Source: Cyanobacteria bacterium P01_A01_bin.123 (GTDB lineage: Bacteria; Cyanobacteriota; Cyanobacteriia; Phormidesmidales; Phormidesmidaceae). From it: 64,000 bases of DNA. The notes beneath the pieces were generated by a model, which was not told the DNA's origin, made no database searches, and was given only the letters and a program-made list of their open reading frames with translations. Positions within the stretch are counted from its first letter, which is position 1, and the number at the start of each line of letters is the position of its first letter. The stretch covers positions 128,001 to 192,000 of the forward strand of contig JBCBZT010000007.1 in the NCBI GenBank assembly GCA_039815185.1. Direction: 5' to 3'. Below, in pieces: positions 38,010 through 48,606 of this stretch. The position numbers were made by a program, and so were the translations under genes.

Positions 38010-40037
38010 ATGATTTGCTGTCTTAACCCAGACTGTGCCCAACCGATCAATTCAGACACTGCGGAAGTTTGCCAGCAATGTAACAGTGTCTTAATTCCGC
38101 TGTTGCGGGGGCGTTATCGGCCGATCAAGGTCTTGGGACGGGGCGGCTTTGGCAAAACTTATTTAGGTCAAGACAGCGATCGCCTCAATGCCTACTGTGT
38201 GATCAAGCAATTTGCCCCCCAAACTCAGGGCACTAAGTCCTTTAGAAAAGCGATTGATCTGTTTCAACAGGAGGCTGAACGACTGCATCAGTTGGGGGAA
38301 CATCCCCAGATTCCGACCCTGCAAGCCTACTTTGAGCACGATGGCTTTCTTTATCTGGTGCAGCAGATGATTGAGGGCAAAACCCTCCTGCAAGAGGTGC
38401 GACGCAGTGGCACATTTGATGAAGATGCCCTGCGATCGCTGCTGATGGAGCTACTGCCTGTATTGCGGTTCATTCACGAACACAACATTGTTCACCGTGA
38501 TGTCACCCCGTCTAATATTATTCTGCGCAAATTAGACGGCAAACCTGTGCTGATCGACTTTGGCGTGGCAAAACAGTTTAGTGAAACCCTCTCGCACGAA
38601 CCGGGCACCCGGATTGGTACTGAAGGCTATGCTCCGATTGAGCAATTACGTGGTGGTCAGGCTTATCCTTGCAGTGACCTCTACAGTTTGGGGACAACTT
38701 GTCTACATTTGATCACTGGGGTCAAACCTGAAAAGCTCTATAGCCCGTTGGATGGGCGCTGGGTATGGCGCGAAGAGCTAGAAAAAGCAGGCAATCAACT
38801 CAATCCCCAACTGGGTGATATCTTAGACAACTTGGTTAAAGATTTGCCGAGTGAACGCTACCAATCGGCCGAGCAAGTCTTAACCGCACTCCAGGCCATA
38901 CCGTCGCGCCATGGTGTGGTTCCGGGCTGGGTACGTCAGCATCCCACTCGCCGGATTGCGGGTTCTTCACCGCCCTTGAGTGACCTTGAAGCACTGATCT
39001 CTCGGTCATCTCAATCATCTAGTCGACCGTCCAGTGGATCGGCCAGTGGATCGGCCAGTAGACCCTCCAGCCGTCCGTCTAGGAATTCCGGTGCTAACCC
39101 TTCAAAACCGCCGACTACTAACACTCGTGCAGCTAAGGTGCCGCGTCAGGGATGGCACTGTATTCAGACCCTCAGCAGTCATCAGTCTTGGGTGACTTCC
39201 GTAAGCTTTAACCCGAAGGTCCCGACCTTGGCCAGCGGTAGTCTGGACGACACTATTCGCTTGTGGAACTTGCAAACGGGGAAGTTGCTCGATACCCTCT
39301 CGGGGCATCGCCGGGGGGTCAATGAAGTGGTGATCAGTCCAGGGGGACAAGTTCTGGCGAGCTGCGGCGACGATGATTTGGTCAAGGTCTGGAACCTTTC
39401 GACTGCGGCCAAACTACACACCTTGAAAGGCCACATGCGTGATGTCAACACCGTTGCGATCAGCGCCGGCGGCCTTTTGTTAGCCAGTGGCGGTGAAGAC
39501 CGCACCATCATGCTGTGGAAGTTAGATAAAGGGAGTCTACTCAAAACCCTCAGGGGCTCAGCCGGAATCATTAAAACGTTGGTATTCCATCCCAATGAGC
39601 AAATTTTGGTGAGCGGCGGTATGGACAATAAAGTTCGGATCTGGGATGTCCGCAAGGGAGAGATGGTACGGGCGTTATCGGGCCATTTGAATTCGATCAA
39701 TCAGGTCGCCCTGAGTCGAGATGGCAAGTTAATCGTGAGCGCCAGTAAAGATCGCACGGTGCGACTTTGGAGCCTGGGGACAGGGTCATTGATTCAAACC
39801 CTGAGTGGTCATACCCAAGATGTGAACGGCGTTGCGATCGCGCCTGACAGCAAAATAATCGTTAGTGGTGGCCGTGACAGCAATGTCTGCGTGTGGGAAA
39901 CTGTCAGCGGCAAGCTGCTGCATACCCTTTCAGACCATACCGCTGCCGTCAATTCGGTCGCGATTCACCGCAGCGGCAAACTAATTGCTAGCGCCAGTGC
40001 CGATAAGACCATTAAAATTTGGCAGTGGTTTAAGTAG
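38010..40037 (+). CDS. Ser/Thr protein kinase with N-terminal Cys4 motif and C-terminal WD40 propeller
   Basis: CLNPDC..C..C; GRGGFG, HRDVTPSN, DFG, GYAPIEQ; seven WD40 repeats. Confidence 0.95.
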   Translation: MICCLNPDCAQPINSDTAEVCQQCNSVLIPLLRGRYRPIKVLGRGGFGKTYLGQDSDRLNAYCVIKQFAPQTQGTKSFRKAIDLFQQEAERLHQLGEHPQIPTLQAYFEHDGFLYLVQQMIEGKTLLQEVRRSGTFDEDALRSLLMELLPVLRFIHEHNIVHRDVTPSNIILRKLDGKPVLIDFGVAKQFSETLSHEPGTRIGTEGYAPIEQLRGGQAYPCSDLYSLGTTCLHLITGVKPEKLYSPLDGRWVWREELEKAGNQLNPQLGDILDNLVKDLPSERYQSAEQVLTALQAIPSRHGVVPGWVRQHPTRRIAGSSPPLSDLEALISRSSQSSSRPSSGSASGSASRPSSRPSRNSGANPSKPPTTNTRAAKVPRQGWHCIQTLSSHQSWVTSVSFNPKVPTLASGSLDDTIRLWNLQTGKLLDTLSGHRRGVNEVVISPGGQVLASCGDDDLVKVWNLSTAAKLHTLKGHMRDVNTVAISAGGLLLASGGEDRTIMLWKLDKGSLLKTLRGSAGIIKTLVFHPNEQILVSGGMDNKVRIWDVRKGEMVRALSGHLNSINQVALSRDGKLIVSASKDRTVRLWSLGTGSLIQTLSGHTQDVNGVAIAPDSKIIVSGGRDSNVCVWETVSGKLLHTLSDHTAAVNSVAIHRSGKLIASASADKTIKIWQWFK

Positions 40038-40040
40038 GTT

Positions 40041-40862
40041 ATGCCAGAAGGGCCAGAAATTCGGCAGGCGGCGGATGCATTAGAACGGGCGATCGCGGGC
40101 CAACCTGTAGACGCAATTTTCTTTGCTTTTGAGCATCTCAAACCCTATGAGGCCAAACTAACGGGCACTGCAGTAAGCCAGATCCAAACCTTTGGCAAGG
40201 CTTTGGTCACCTGTTTCGATAATGATCTGTGCATTTATAGCCACAACCAGCTTTACGGCAAGTGGATGATCCGCCAGGCTCATCACTATCCCAATACCAA
40301 CCGCCAGCTGCGTCTCGCCATCCACACGGCCAAAAAATCAGCTCTACTCTACAGTGCTTCAGATATTGAGATTTGGCCCCAAGCTGAGATTGGTCATCAC
40401 CCATTTATTCGGAAGTTGGGCTTAGACGTGTTGGATATGAGCGTGATCGCGGCTGAGATCCGAGATCGCGCCCTGAGCCCGACCTTTCGCCGTCGTCGCT
40501 TAACCGGACTGTTGCTCGACCAGGGCTTTTTGTGTGGGATCGGTAACTATCTGCGCAGCGAAATTTTGTTTGTAGGTGGCATCCATCCGACTTGCCGCCC
40601 TGTGGACTGTCAGCCTGAGCAGCTTGATCACCTGGCTGAAGCTGCGATCGCACTGCCACGCCAATCCTACGCCCACAGCGGCATCACTAACGATTTAGAG
40701 TTGGCAACCCTGTTGAAAAGCCAAGGTTACGCTCGGCGGCAATATCGTCACTGGGTCTTTGGTCGTCAAGGGCAGCCCTGTTTTCGCTGCGGGACGGCGA
40801 TCGTCAAAGATAATACTGGGGGGCGGCGGGTTTATTTTTGTCCCACTTGCCAACAGGCATAA
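40041..40862 (+). CDS. nei: Endonuclease VIII (Fpg/Nei)
   Basis: MPEGPE, GIGNYLRSEIL, C-terminal zinc finger. Confidence 0.93.
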   Translation: MPEGPEIRQAADALERAIAGQPVDAIFFAFEHLKPYEAKLTGTAVSQIQTFGKALVTCFDNDLCIYSHNQLYGKWMIRQAHHYPNTNRQLRLAIHTAKKSALLYSASDIEIWPQAEIGHHPFIRKLGLDVLDMSVIAAEIRDRALSPTFRRRRLTGLLLDQGFLCGIGNYLRSEILFVGGIHPTCRPVDCQPEQLDHLAEAAIALPRQSYAHSGITNDLELATLLKSQGYARRQYRHWVFGRQGQPCFRCGTAIVKDNTGGRRVYFCPTCQQA

Positions 40863-40978
40863 TTTGGTTTCCAAGATGACATTGTGTTCAAATCCGTGTC
40901 TCATATTGATGGCGAAATGTGTGAGTAAGCAGCCTATGCCAAGCTAGAATGATCCCGTTCGAGGTTGGATGCTCGCCC

Positions 40979-42469
40979 ATGACGACTGCCGCGCCAGCAA
41001 AAACTCAGTATGAAGCCATTATTGGTTTAGAAACCCACTGTCAACTCAGCACTGAAACCAAAATCTTCTCGCCGAGTTCGACCCAGTTTGGGGCTGATCC
41101 GAATACCTACATTGATCCCATTTGTATGGGGTTACCTGGGGTGTTGCCTGTCCTCAACCAAAAAGTGCTGGAGTATGCCGTTAAAGCGGGTCTTGCCCTC
41201 AACTGTGAGATTGCACCCTACAGCAAATTCGATCGCAAGCAGTATTTTTACCCCGACCTGCCTAAAAACTATCAAATCTCCCAGTACGACTTGCCCATTG
41301 CAGAACACGGCTGGTTAGAAATTGAATTGGTGGAGGGTAAGGGTGAACCCATCCGTAAGCGCATCGGCATTACCCGCCTGCACATGGAAGAAGATGCTGG
41401 GAAGTTAGTGCATGCGGGTAGCGATCGCCTGGCTGGCTCCGCTTACTCCCTTGTAGACTACAACCGAGCTGGGGTTGCTCTGATTGAAATTGTCTCTGAA
41501 CCTGATATGCGCTCAGGCCAAGAAGCTGCCGAATATGCTCAAGAACTGCGGCGGATCATGCGTTATCTCGGGGTAAGCGATGGCAATATGCAAGAAGGAT
41601 CCCTCCGTTGCGATGTGAATATTTCTGTGCGGCCTGTCGGGCAGGCAAAATTTGGCACTAAGGTCGAAATCAAAAACATGAACTCCTTTAGTGCCATTCA
41701 AAAAGCGATCGATTATGAAATCGAACGGCAAATTGAAGCGGTGGAAAGTGGAGAGCCCATTTTTCAAGAGACGCGCTTATGGGAAGAAGGCAGTCAGCGC
41801 ACCATCAGTATGCGATTGAAAGAAGGTTCCAGCGACTATCGCTACTTCCCAGAGCCTGACCTACCGCCCATTGAAGTCTCCCTAGAGCAGCGAGAAGCTT
41901 GGAAAACTGAGCTGCCGGAATTACCTGCCCAGCGGCGATCGCGTTATGAAACAGCGCTTGATCTCTCTGCCTATGATGCCCGCGTCCTCACCGATGAACG
42001 GGTGATCGCCGATTTCTTTGAAGCTGCGGTTGCGGCCGGTGCTAATCCCAAAGCTGTGACTAACTTGATTACTCAAGATATCGCTGCCTACCTCAATAAC
42101 GAGAAACTCAGCATCAATGACACTGCCCTGAAGCCTGAGATGCTGGCAGAGATGGTTCAAATGACTGACCAAGGCACCATCAGCACCAAGATTGCCAAAG
42201 ACCTGCTGCCTGAATTGTTGACCCAAGGCGGTTCTCCCAAAGCCATCGTGGCACAAAAAGGATTGAGTCAAATTTCTGATCCGGCAGCTTTAGCGGTTAT
42301 CATCGACGACATCATGGCGGCTCACCCTGATGAAGTGACCAAGTATCGAGGCGGCAAGAAAAAACTCCAGGGCTTTTTTGTCGGCCAAATTATGAAGCAA
42401 ACCAGCGGACGGGCTGACCCAAAATTAGCGAATCAATTGCTGGCTAAGAAGCTCAACCAATCTGGTTGA
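40979..42469 (+). CDS. gatB: Asp/Glu-tRNA amidotransferase subunit B
   Basis: IGLETHCQL, YFYPDLPKNYQISQ, EGSLRCDVN, YRYFPEPDL. Confidence 0.98.
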   Translation: MTTAAPAKTQYEAIIGLETHCQLSTETKIFSPSSTQFGADPNTYIDPICMGLPGVLPVLNQKVLEYAVKAGLALNCEIAPYSKFDRKQYFYPDLPKNYQISQYDLPIAEHGWLEIELVEGKGEPIRKRIGITRLHMEEDAGKLVHAGSDRLAGSAYSLVDYNRAGVALIEIVSEPDMRSGQEAAEYAQELRRIMRYLGVSDGNMQEGSLRCDVNISVRPVGQAKFGTKVEIKNMNSFSAIQKAIDYEIERQIEAVESGEPIFQETRLWEEGSQRTISMRLKEGSSDYRYFPEPDLPPIEVSLEQREAWKTELPELPAQRRSRYETALDLSAYDARVLTDERVIADFFEAAVAAGANPKAVTNLITQDIAAYLNNEKLSINDTALKPEMLAEMVQMTDQGTISTKIAKDLLPELLTQGGSPKAIVAQKGLSQISDPAALAVIIDDIMAAHPDEVTKYRGGKKKLQGFFVGQIMKQTSGRADPKLANQLLAKKLNQSG

Positions 42470-42516
42470 GGTAATGTGATTGTAAAAAAGTCATGAAGCC
42501 TTAAAAAATATCGAAT

Positions 42517-42552
42517 AGGGGGTTTCACCCCTCATCACATTTGTGGCATACT
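42517..42552 (+). promoter_or_regulatory. HetR-box-like palindrome plus extended -10
   Basis: GGGGTTTCACCCC (GGG-N5-CCC core) at 42519-42531; TGgCATACT at 42544-42552. Confidence 0.45.
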
Positions 42553-42557
42553 CTGTT

Positions 42558-42610
42558 ATGTAGATGCACCCTGATGGTAGGGAGAGCTGCTTGCGGCTCT
42601 CCTTTTTTTT
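42558..42610 (+). ncRNA. Candidate ~50-nt small RNA, NsiR1-like 5' motif
   Basis: Promoter motif, then GTAGATGCACCCTG, then an intrinsic terminator; NsiR1 similarity is from memory. Confidence 0.45.
42581..42610 (+). terminator. Rho-independent terminator
   Basis: GGAGAGCTGC-tt-GCGGCTCTCC followed by T8. Confidence 0.85.
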
Positions 42611-42817
42611 GTTTAAACGCTGTTGCCATCGAGATTTCCCATCCCAATACTCTGCAAACCAGCCTTTTGGCTCTCTATGCCCGCTCCCCTGCTTCCTCTG
42701 CTTGTCCCACCCCATGGCTTCATTGCCCGAATAGCATTGATCCCCCATTTCAATCCATAGTTTTCCCTAATGTTGCCGTGACGTAGAATACCTGTACTGG
42801 GTTCAGCGAGCGCATCC

Positions 42818-43084
42818 ATGACAGACGACGAACTTAGGCAACTGGTCGCAGCAAATGCAACAACCATGGCGGCTAGCAACGAACGGTTAAACGGGATCGA
42901 AGTTATGGCTGAACGCACCCAACAACAAATTGGTGATAATGCTAGGGCAATGGTTGAGGTTCGGCAAGCCCTCCGAACCAGTATTACAGACGTCGCGCAC
43001 ATGATCGCCACGAATAGTCAAGAGACGGATAGGTCTTATCCATTCGTGACATTGATGCCCAGCGGTGAGTTGCCCTTGATATAA
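42818..43084 (+). CDS. Small coiled-coil hypothetical protein, possibly truncated
   Basis: MTDDELRQLVAANA... heptad-like composition. Confidence 0.5.
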   Translation: MTDDELRQLVAANATTMAASNERLNGIEVMAERTQQQIGDNARAMVEVRQALRTSITDVAHMIATNSQETDRSYPFVTLMPSGELPLI

Positions 43085-43121
43085 TCGCGCTCTGTTGAGC
43101 ACTAAGCGAGCTGTAGAAAAG

Positions 43122-44363
43122 ATGACGGATTGGCGCGAGGTTGAGGGGGGCGTGACTGCGCCTAAAGGCTTCAGGGCTGCGGGAATTACGGCGGGATTGA
43201 AGCCCTCGGGGGCGCCGGATTTGGCATTAATTTTGTCTGATGCAGATGCGATCGCGGCGGGGGTATTCACCACAAGTCAAGTGCGTGCAGCCTGTGTTGA
43301 CTACTGCCGCGATCGCCTAGAGGCCAAAACTACCGCCCGCGCTATTTTGTGCAACGCTGGGCAAGCCAACGCCTGTACCGGTACTCAAGGTTGGGAAGAC
43401 GCTGTAGATAGTGCTAATACGCTGGCTGCAGCTTTGAATATATCTGCCGATAAGGTGCTGCTGGCTTCCACAGGGGTCATTGGCCAGCGGATCAAAATTG
43501 ATGCACTCAAAGCTGGGATTCCTAATTTGATTACTGCCCTATCGGACTCGGGCAATGACGCGGCGGCTCAAGCGATTGTCACCACCGACCTAGTGCCTAA
43601 ATCCTACGCGTTAGAAATGACCCTTGGCGATCGCCCAGTAAGGGTGGGCGGCATTTCTAAAGGATCGGGGATGATTCACCCCAACATGGCGACTATGCTG
43701 GCGTTTGTTACCTGCGATGCCAGCGTCTCTCCCCATTTGTGGCAAGACATGTTGCAGCGAGCTGCCGATAGAAGCTTTAACCAAATCACGGTCGATGGGG
43801 ACACCAGCACCAATGATTCTCTAATTGCGCTGGCTAACGGTGAATCCCGAACCCCGGCTATCACTGAGATGGGGCCAGCAGTGGAAAAATTAGAAGCAAT
43901 GTTGACGGAGGTGTGTATTTATCTGGCCAAAGCGATCGCCCGAGACGGGGAAGGGGCCACCTGCTTATTAGAGATTTCCGTGAGCGGCACCGTCAACGAC
44001 GCAGCTGCCTGTCAAATTGCTCGTACCGTTGCTGGATCGTCTTTGGTCAAATCGGCTGTGTTTGGCCGTGATCCCAATTGGGGACGGATTGCCGGAGCAG
44101 CCGGTCGTGCCGGTGTACCCTTTGAGCAAGATGAACTACGCGTGCAGCTCGGCGAAATCGTACTGATGGATAAAGGGCAACCGCTCCCCTTTGATCGTTC
44201 CGCTGCCAGCACCTACCTCACAACTGCTGCTGAAGGAGACTACCTAAAGACAGACACGGTGGCGATCGCAATTAGTGTTGGCTCAGGCCCAGGGCAGGGG
44301 ATTGCTTGGGGGTGTGACTTGAGCTATGACTATGTGCGGATTAATGCTGAATACACCACATAG
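43122..44363 (+). CDS. argJ: Bifunctional ornithine acetyltransferase/N-acetylglutamate synthase
   Basis: KGSGMIHPNMATML, DGDTSTND, DGEGAT, NAEYTT. Confidence 0.97.
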   Translation: MTDWREVEGGVTAPKGFRAAGITAGLKPSGAPDLALILSDADAIAAGVFTTSQVRAACVDYCRDRLEAKTTARAILCNAGQANACTGTQGWEDAVDSANTLAAALNISADKVLLASTGVIGQRIKIDALKAGIPNLITALSDSGNDAAAQAIVTTDLVPKSYALEMTLGDRPVRVGGISKGSGMIHPNMATMLAFVTCDASVSPHLWQDMLQRAADRSFNQITVDGDTSTNDSLIALANGESRTPAITEMGPAVEKLEAMLTEVCIYLAKAIARDGEGATCLLEISVSGTVNDAAACQIARTVAGSSLVKSAVFGRDPNWGRIAGAAGRAGVPFEQDELRVQLGEIVLMDKGQPLPFDRSAASTYLTTAAEGDYLKTDTVAIAISVGSGPGQGIAWGCDLSYDYVRINAEYTT

Positions 44364-44715
44364 GGGGATAGGGAAGATAGGGTTGTGCTCTAAGGGTACC
44401 GTTGGCGTAACCTTCCTACAGGTAATAGGAAGGACGTGATTGCGCTCAGGGGCATGGCATCGGAATTTAGACTAATAACTCAAAATTTACTACAGGTAGC
44501 GCTTTTTGAGATACTATTTTCACTAGATGTAGTGGTTAGTCTGACCTTTCAATGAAATGTGAAGTGTTGATATGCGCTCCCACAGGATCGCGAACAATGC
44601 TTTTTACACGGTGGAACCCAATGTTTGAAAATTAATACAAAAGTATTAGTTTTTGGTGATCATCGTATATTTGAACTAGTGCCATCGCAGCCTCCGCGAT
44701 TCTGCTGATTTGCCC

Positions 44716-46698
44716 ATGAGTACGCCCCGCCTCCATCCTGAAACGATTGATGCCGTTCGTGATCGCGTCGATATTGTCGATATCGTCTCGGATCAGGTGG
44801 TGCTGAAAAAGCAGGGCAAAGATTTTGTCGGCTTGTGCCCTTTCCATGACGATAAGTCGCCTAGCTTTAGCGTCAGCCCTAGCAAGCAGTTTTACTACTG
44901 CTTTAGCTGTGGGGCCGGGGGCAATGCCTTTAAGTTTATGATGGAGCTCAATAAGCGCTCCTTCGCCGATGTGGTCCTAGATTTGGCTCGCCGCTATCAG
45001 GTGCCCGTCAAAACCCTAGAACCGGAGAAACGTCAGGAACTCCAACGCAGCCTGTCTTTGCGAGAGCAACTGTTTGAAATCGTGGCGGTGGCGGCTAAAT
45101 TTTATGAACATGCCCTGCGTCAGGTGGACGGTCAGCAAGCTTTAGCTTACCTGTTCGAGCAGCGGGGGTTAAGCGAAGAAACCATTCAACAGTTTCAACT
45201 CGGCTATGCCCCTGGCGGATGGCAAACTCTCTATGGCTATCTGGTTGAGCATAAACGCTATCCAGTAGACCTGGTCGAAAAAGCCGGATTGATTGTGCCG
45301 CGACAAAAGGGCAGCGGCTATTATGACCGCTTTCGCGATCGCTTGATGATTCCCATCCACGATAATCAAAGCCGCATCATTGGCTTTGGTGGGCGGGCCT
45401 TTGGCGATGACAAACCCAAGTATCTCAACTCCCCTGATACCGAACTGTTTGACAAAGGCAAAACGCTATTTGGCCTCGATAAAGCTCGGGCGGCGATCGC
45501 CAAGCAAGACCGGGCCATTGTGGTGGAAGGCTATTTCGACGTGATTGCCCTCCACGCTGTTGGCATTCAGAATGTGGTGGCCTCCTTAGGCACGGCTTTA
45601 AATGCAGCTCAGGTGCGCCAACTGCTGCGCTACACCGAATCTAAGCAAGTCGTCCTCAACTTCGATGCCGATGCCGCTGGGATCAAAGCCGCTGAACGCG
45701 CCATTGGCGAAGCCGCCGAAATGGCTTATCAAGGCAACGTCCAACTGCGGGTATTGACCATCCCTGACGGCAAAGACCCGGATGATTATCTCAAATACCA
45801 TGCCGCTGAAGAATACGAAGCCCTCGCCGATGCTGCCCCCCTGTGGATCGACTGGCAGATCCAGCAACTGCTCAAAGACTGCGATCTCAAGCAGTCTGAT
45901 CAGTTTCAACAGGCGACTCAAACCGTTGTCGACTTGCTCAGCGACATTGCTAACGCCAATACCCGCACCCACTACATTCGTCACTGTGCCGAAATCTTTA
46001 GCCAGGGAGATGGTCGGTTAGTCCCCCTAATTGCCGAAAATCTGTTAGTCCAAGTTCGCCGCCAGCGTCGTTCCCCTGGCCAATCGCCCAAGACGAGCCT
46101 CCCGACTCAGGTCTGGAAAAATAACGCCCTTGAACAAGCCGAAGCCGCGCTGCTGCGAATCTACATCCACTCCGAACGCGATCGCGATGCCGTCTTGCAA
46201 GCCCTCGAAGCCAGTGACCTGCAATTCAGCTTCTCCCATCACCGTGCCCTTTGGCGACAAACCCAAGCCATAAGACAACAGCCCCCCGCTCTCCCTCCCT
46301 CCCCCGCTCCCTCTGCTTCCTCCACCCCAACTCCCCTCATCGATCACCTCCGCGATCGCTGTGCCGAAGACAGCGCCCAACTCACCCAAGCCGCCCACCT
46401 GCTTTATCTGGATGAAAAAGTGCAGCGGGACATTCTGCGAGCCCCGTTGGTGATTCGGGCTGCGATCGCCTGCATGGAAAAACACCTGTGTGAAAAGCGC
46501 TACCGCCATTTTCTCAATCTGTGGCGTGAAACTGACTGTACCGCCTCGCCCGACCAGCATACCTATTATCAGAAGCAGGTCTATGCTGAGAAACGCCGTA
46601 TCGAAGACTTGGAAAAACAGCGCCACACTAATTTTGAAGATTTGCTGAAACTGCCCTGGATCGGTGAGTTTTATAACGCGTTAGAAAGCCCCCAATGA
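44716..46698 (+). CDS. dnaG: DNA primase
   Basis: CPFH..CFSC zinc ribbon, KYLNSP, VEGYFD, FDADAAG, KDPDD. Confidence 0.97.
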   Translation: MSTPRLHPETIDAVRDRVDIVDIVSDQVVLKKQGKDFVGLCPFHDDKSPSFSVSPSKQFYYCFSCGAGGNAFKFMMELNKRSFADVVLDLARRYQVPVKTLEPEKRQELQRSLSLREQLFEIVAVAAKFYEHALRQVDGQQALAYLFEQRGLSEETIQQFQLGYAPGGWQTLYGYLVEHKRYPVDLVEKAGLIVPRQKGSGYYDRFRDRLMIPIHDNQSRIIGFGGRAFGDDKPKYLNSPDTELFDKGKTLFGLDKARAAIAKQDRAIVVEGYFDVIALHAVGIQNVVASLGTALNAAQVRQLLRYTESKQVVLNFDADAAGIKAAERAIGEAAEMAYQGNVQLRVLTIPDGKDPDDYLKYHAAEEYEALADAAPLWIDWQIQQLLKDCDLKQSDQFQQATQTVVDLLSDIANANTRTHYIRHCAEIFSQGDGRLVPLIAENLLVQVRRQRRSPGQSPKTSLPTQVWKNNALEQAEAALLRIYIHSERDRDAVLQALEASDLQFSFSHHRALWRQTQAIRQQPPALPPSPAPSASSTPTPLIDHLRDRCAEDSAQLTQAAHLLYLDEKVQRDILRAPLVIRAAIACMEKHLCEKRYRHFLNLWRETDCTASPDQHTYYQKQVYAEKRRIEDLEKQRHTNFEDLLKLPWIGEFYNALESPQ

Positions 46699-47423
46699 GA
46701 CTCCCTGCTGATTGGCGCTTACCCGAGACGATTCAAAACCGCTTTGGCCAAAAGGGAGCGGGAAAACAGCGGGCGATGTTGGCGGATGGTCACTTGCTAT
46801 TAGTGCTGCATCGGGTTCCTCAGACCCATGATCTAAATCGCGACGCCGTCTTTTTTTGGCGTAAACCCGATGGCAGTTGGTTACACAGTGGGGATAAGTA
46901 CGGGATTCAACCGTTAGTCAGACACCTCAAACAATATGGTGAAGCCGAGGAAAATTTAGTCCAGGCTTACGATCAGTCCAGCAGCGCGGAAGACTACTTT
47001 AGGCTGCTAGAAGCGATCGCCCCCCTACGGCTTGCCACCCAAAATCTGCAAAGTACACTACAAACAGCACGGGAAGCCGTTCCCAGCGATCGCGACATTA
47101 TCGACCTCCGCGATTGGGCCTACGACATAGAACGCACCCTCAGTCTGCTGCAAGACAACGCCAAAAATGCCCTGGATTATAAAGTTGCTCAGCGGGCGGA
47201 AGAACAAGCCCAATTGAGTCTGGCTTCGGTGGAAGCAGGGCATCGGTTAAATATTTTGGCGGCGATCTTTTTCCCGCTGACAGCCATCTCTTGTCTGTTT
47301 GGCATGAATGTCGCCAGCGGGTTTGAAAACACGTCGTTGGGCACCTTTTGGGCGATCGCGTTGGGGTCTGTCGGCTTAGGCTTAGTGGTGCGGCGCTGGG
47401 TCACTCGCGGCAAATGGCTGTAA
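46695..47423 (+). CDS. CorA-like membrane protein (short form)
   Basis: Two C-terminal TM helices with FFPLT...FGMN. Confidence 0.7.
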   Translation: MRLPADWRLPETIQNRFGQKGAGKQRAMLADGHLLLVLHRVPQTHDLNRDAVFFWRKPDGSWLHSGDKYGIQPLVRHLKQYGEAEENLVQAYDQSSSAEDYFRLLEAIAPLRLATQNLQSTLQTAREAVPSDRDIIDLRDWAYDIERTLSLLQDNAKNALDYKVAQRAEEQAQLSLASVEAGHRLNILAAIFFPLTAISCLFGMNVASGFENTSLGTFWAIALGSVGLGLVVRRWVTRGKWL

Positions 47424-47489
47424 GGATCGACTTGAGTTCTCCTTGCTAGGATGAAGGTGGTGCTCATTCGTGATACTCACGCCTAACTC

Positions 47490-48527
47490 ATGGTTAAGTA
47501 TTACCAGACTCGCCGCAATTTCTTACTGACAGCCCTCAGTGCCACAGGCGGAGCCTTCGGAGTTTCCGCTTGTCAACAGGCCGTTACCCAATTTCAACAG
47601 GCTCAGTCAAGCGGGTCTGTTGCCGCTACCCAAGAGACTGCTGTTGCCATGGCAGATGACGGCTTGGATCAGATCACGGTCATGCCCGAACGGCCTTTTG
47701 GCGGTACGGGGCTCACCTTGCCTGTCTTGGGACTGGGAGGATCGGCCTCCCCTCTTTCGCGCGCGAATGAGGAAGCCGAAGCGATCGCGATTATTCAAAA
47801 GGCTCTAGACCTCGGGATTCGCTACTTTGATACCGCTGCTAGCTACGGCCCCAGTGAAACTTTTTTGGGCAAGGTCTTACCGGCTTACCGATCTGAAGTA
47901 GTCATTGCCACTAAGACGAGACGGTTTAACTATGACGGGGCTTGGCGAGATCTCGAACAATCGTTACAACGGCTCAATACCGACAGGCTTGATCTATGGC
48001 AGTTCCACGGTCTGGCTGTTGATCGAGACGTTGAGACGCTATTGCACCCGCAAACGGGCGCAATTAAAGCTGCTGAAGAAGCACAAACTCAGGGCTTGGT
48101 ACGCCATGTCGGGGTCACGGGCCATCACAGTCCAGACGTGATTGCAACGGCTCTGAAACGGTACCCGTTTGTTGCTGCCTTGGTGCCTGTCAATGCCGCA
48201 GACAAGCATACCCCACGCCCCTTCATTACCCATTTACTTCCCATGGCCCATCAGCAAAACGTGGCTGTGATTGCTATGAAGGTCCCGGCCTATGGGCGAT
48301 TGTTTCAGCCCGGAGTGCTTTCAGGGATGTCAGAAGCGATGGGATATGCGCTTTCTCAGCCGGGCGTTAGTACTTGCATCATTGCCGCAGAAAACATCGC
48401 CCAGCTCGAAGAGAACGTGGCGGTGGCGCAAGCGTGGCAACCGATGCCTGCTGATCTGATGGCGTCGGTTGAACAGCGAACCGCTGCCGTTTGGCAAGAA
48501 AACAGCTTCTTTCGGCGTTGGACGTAA
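47490..48527 (+). CDS. Aldo/keto reductase with Tat-type (possibly lipoprotein) signal
   Basis: RRNFLL...SAC; YFDTAASYG, IATK, SLQRLNTDRLDLWQFH. Confidence 0.88.
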   Translation: MVKYYQTRRNFLLTALSATGGAFGVSACQQAVTQFQQAQSSGSVAATQETAVAMADDGLDQITVMPERPFGGTGLTLPVLGLGGSASPLSRANEEAEAIAIIQKALDLGIRYFDTAASYGPSETFLGKVLPAYRSEVVIATKTRRFNYDGAWRDLEQSLQRLNTDRLDLWQFHGLAVDRDVETLLHPQTGAIKAAEEAQTQGLVRHVGVTGHHSPDVIATALKRYPFVAALVPVNAADKHTPRPFITHLLPMAHQQNVAVIAMKVPAYGRLFQPGVLSGMSEAMGYALSQPGVSTCIIAAENIAQLEENVAVAQAWQPMPADLMASVEQRTAAVWQENSFFRRWT

Positions 48528-48606
48528 TGATTGTAGGCGCGATCGCTGAAGGGATTTCAATCAATTAAAAATTGACCCGCTGTTCTTTGGCAACCAGTTT
48601 GACACT

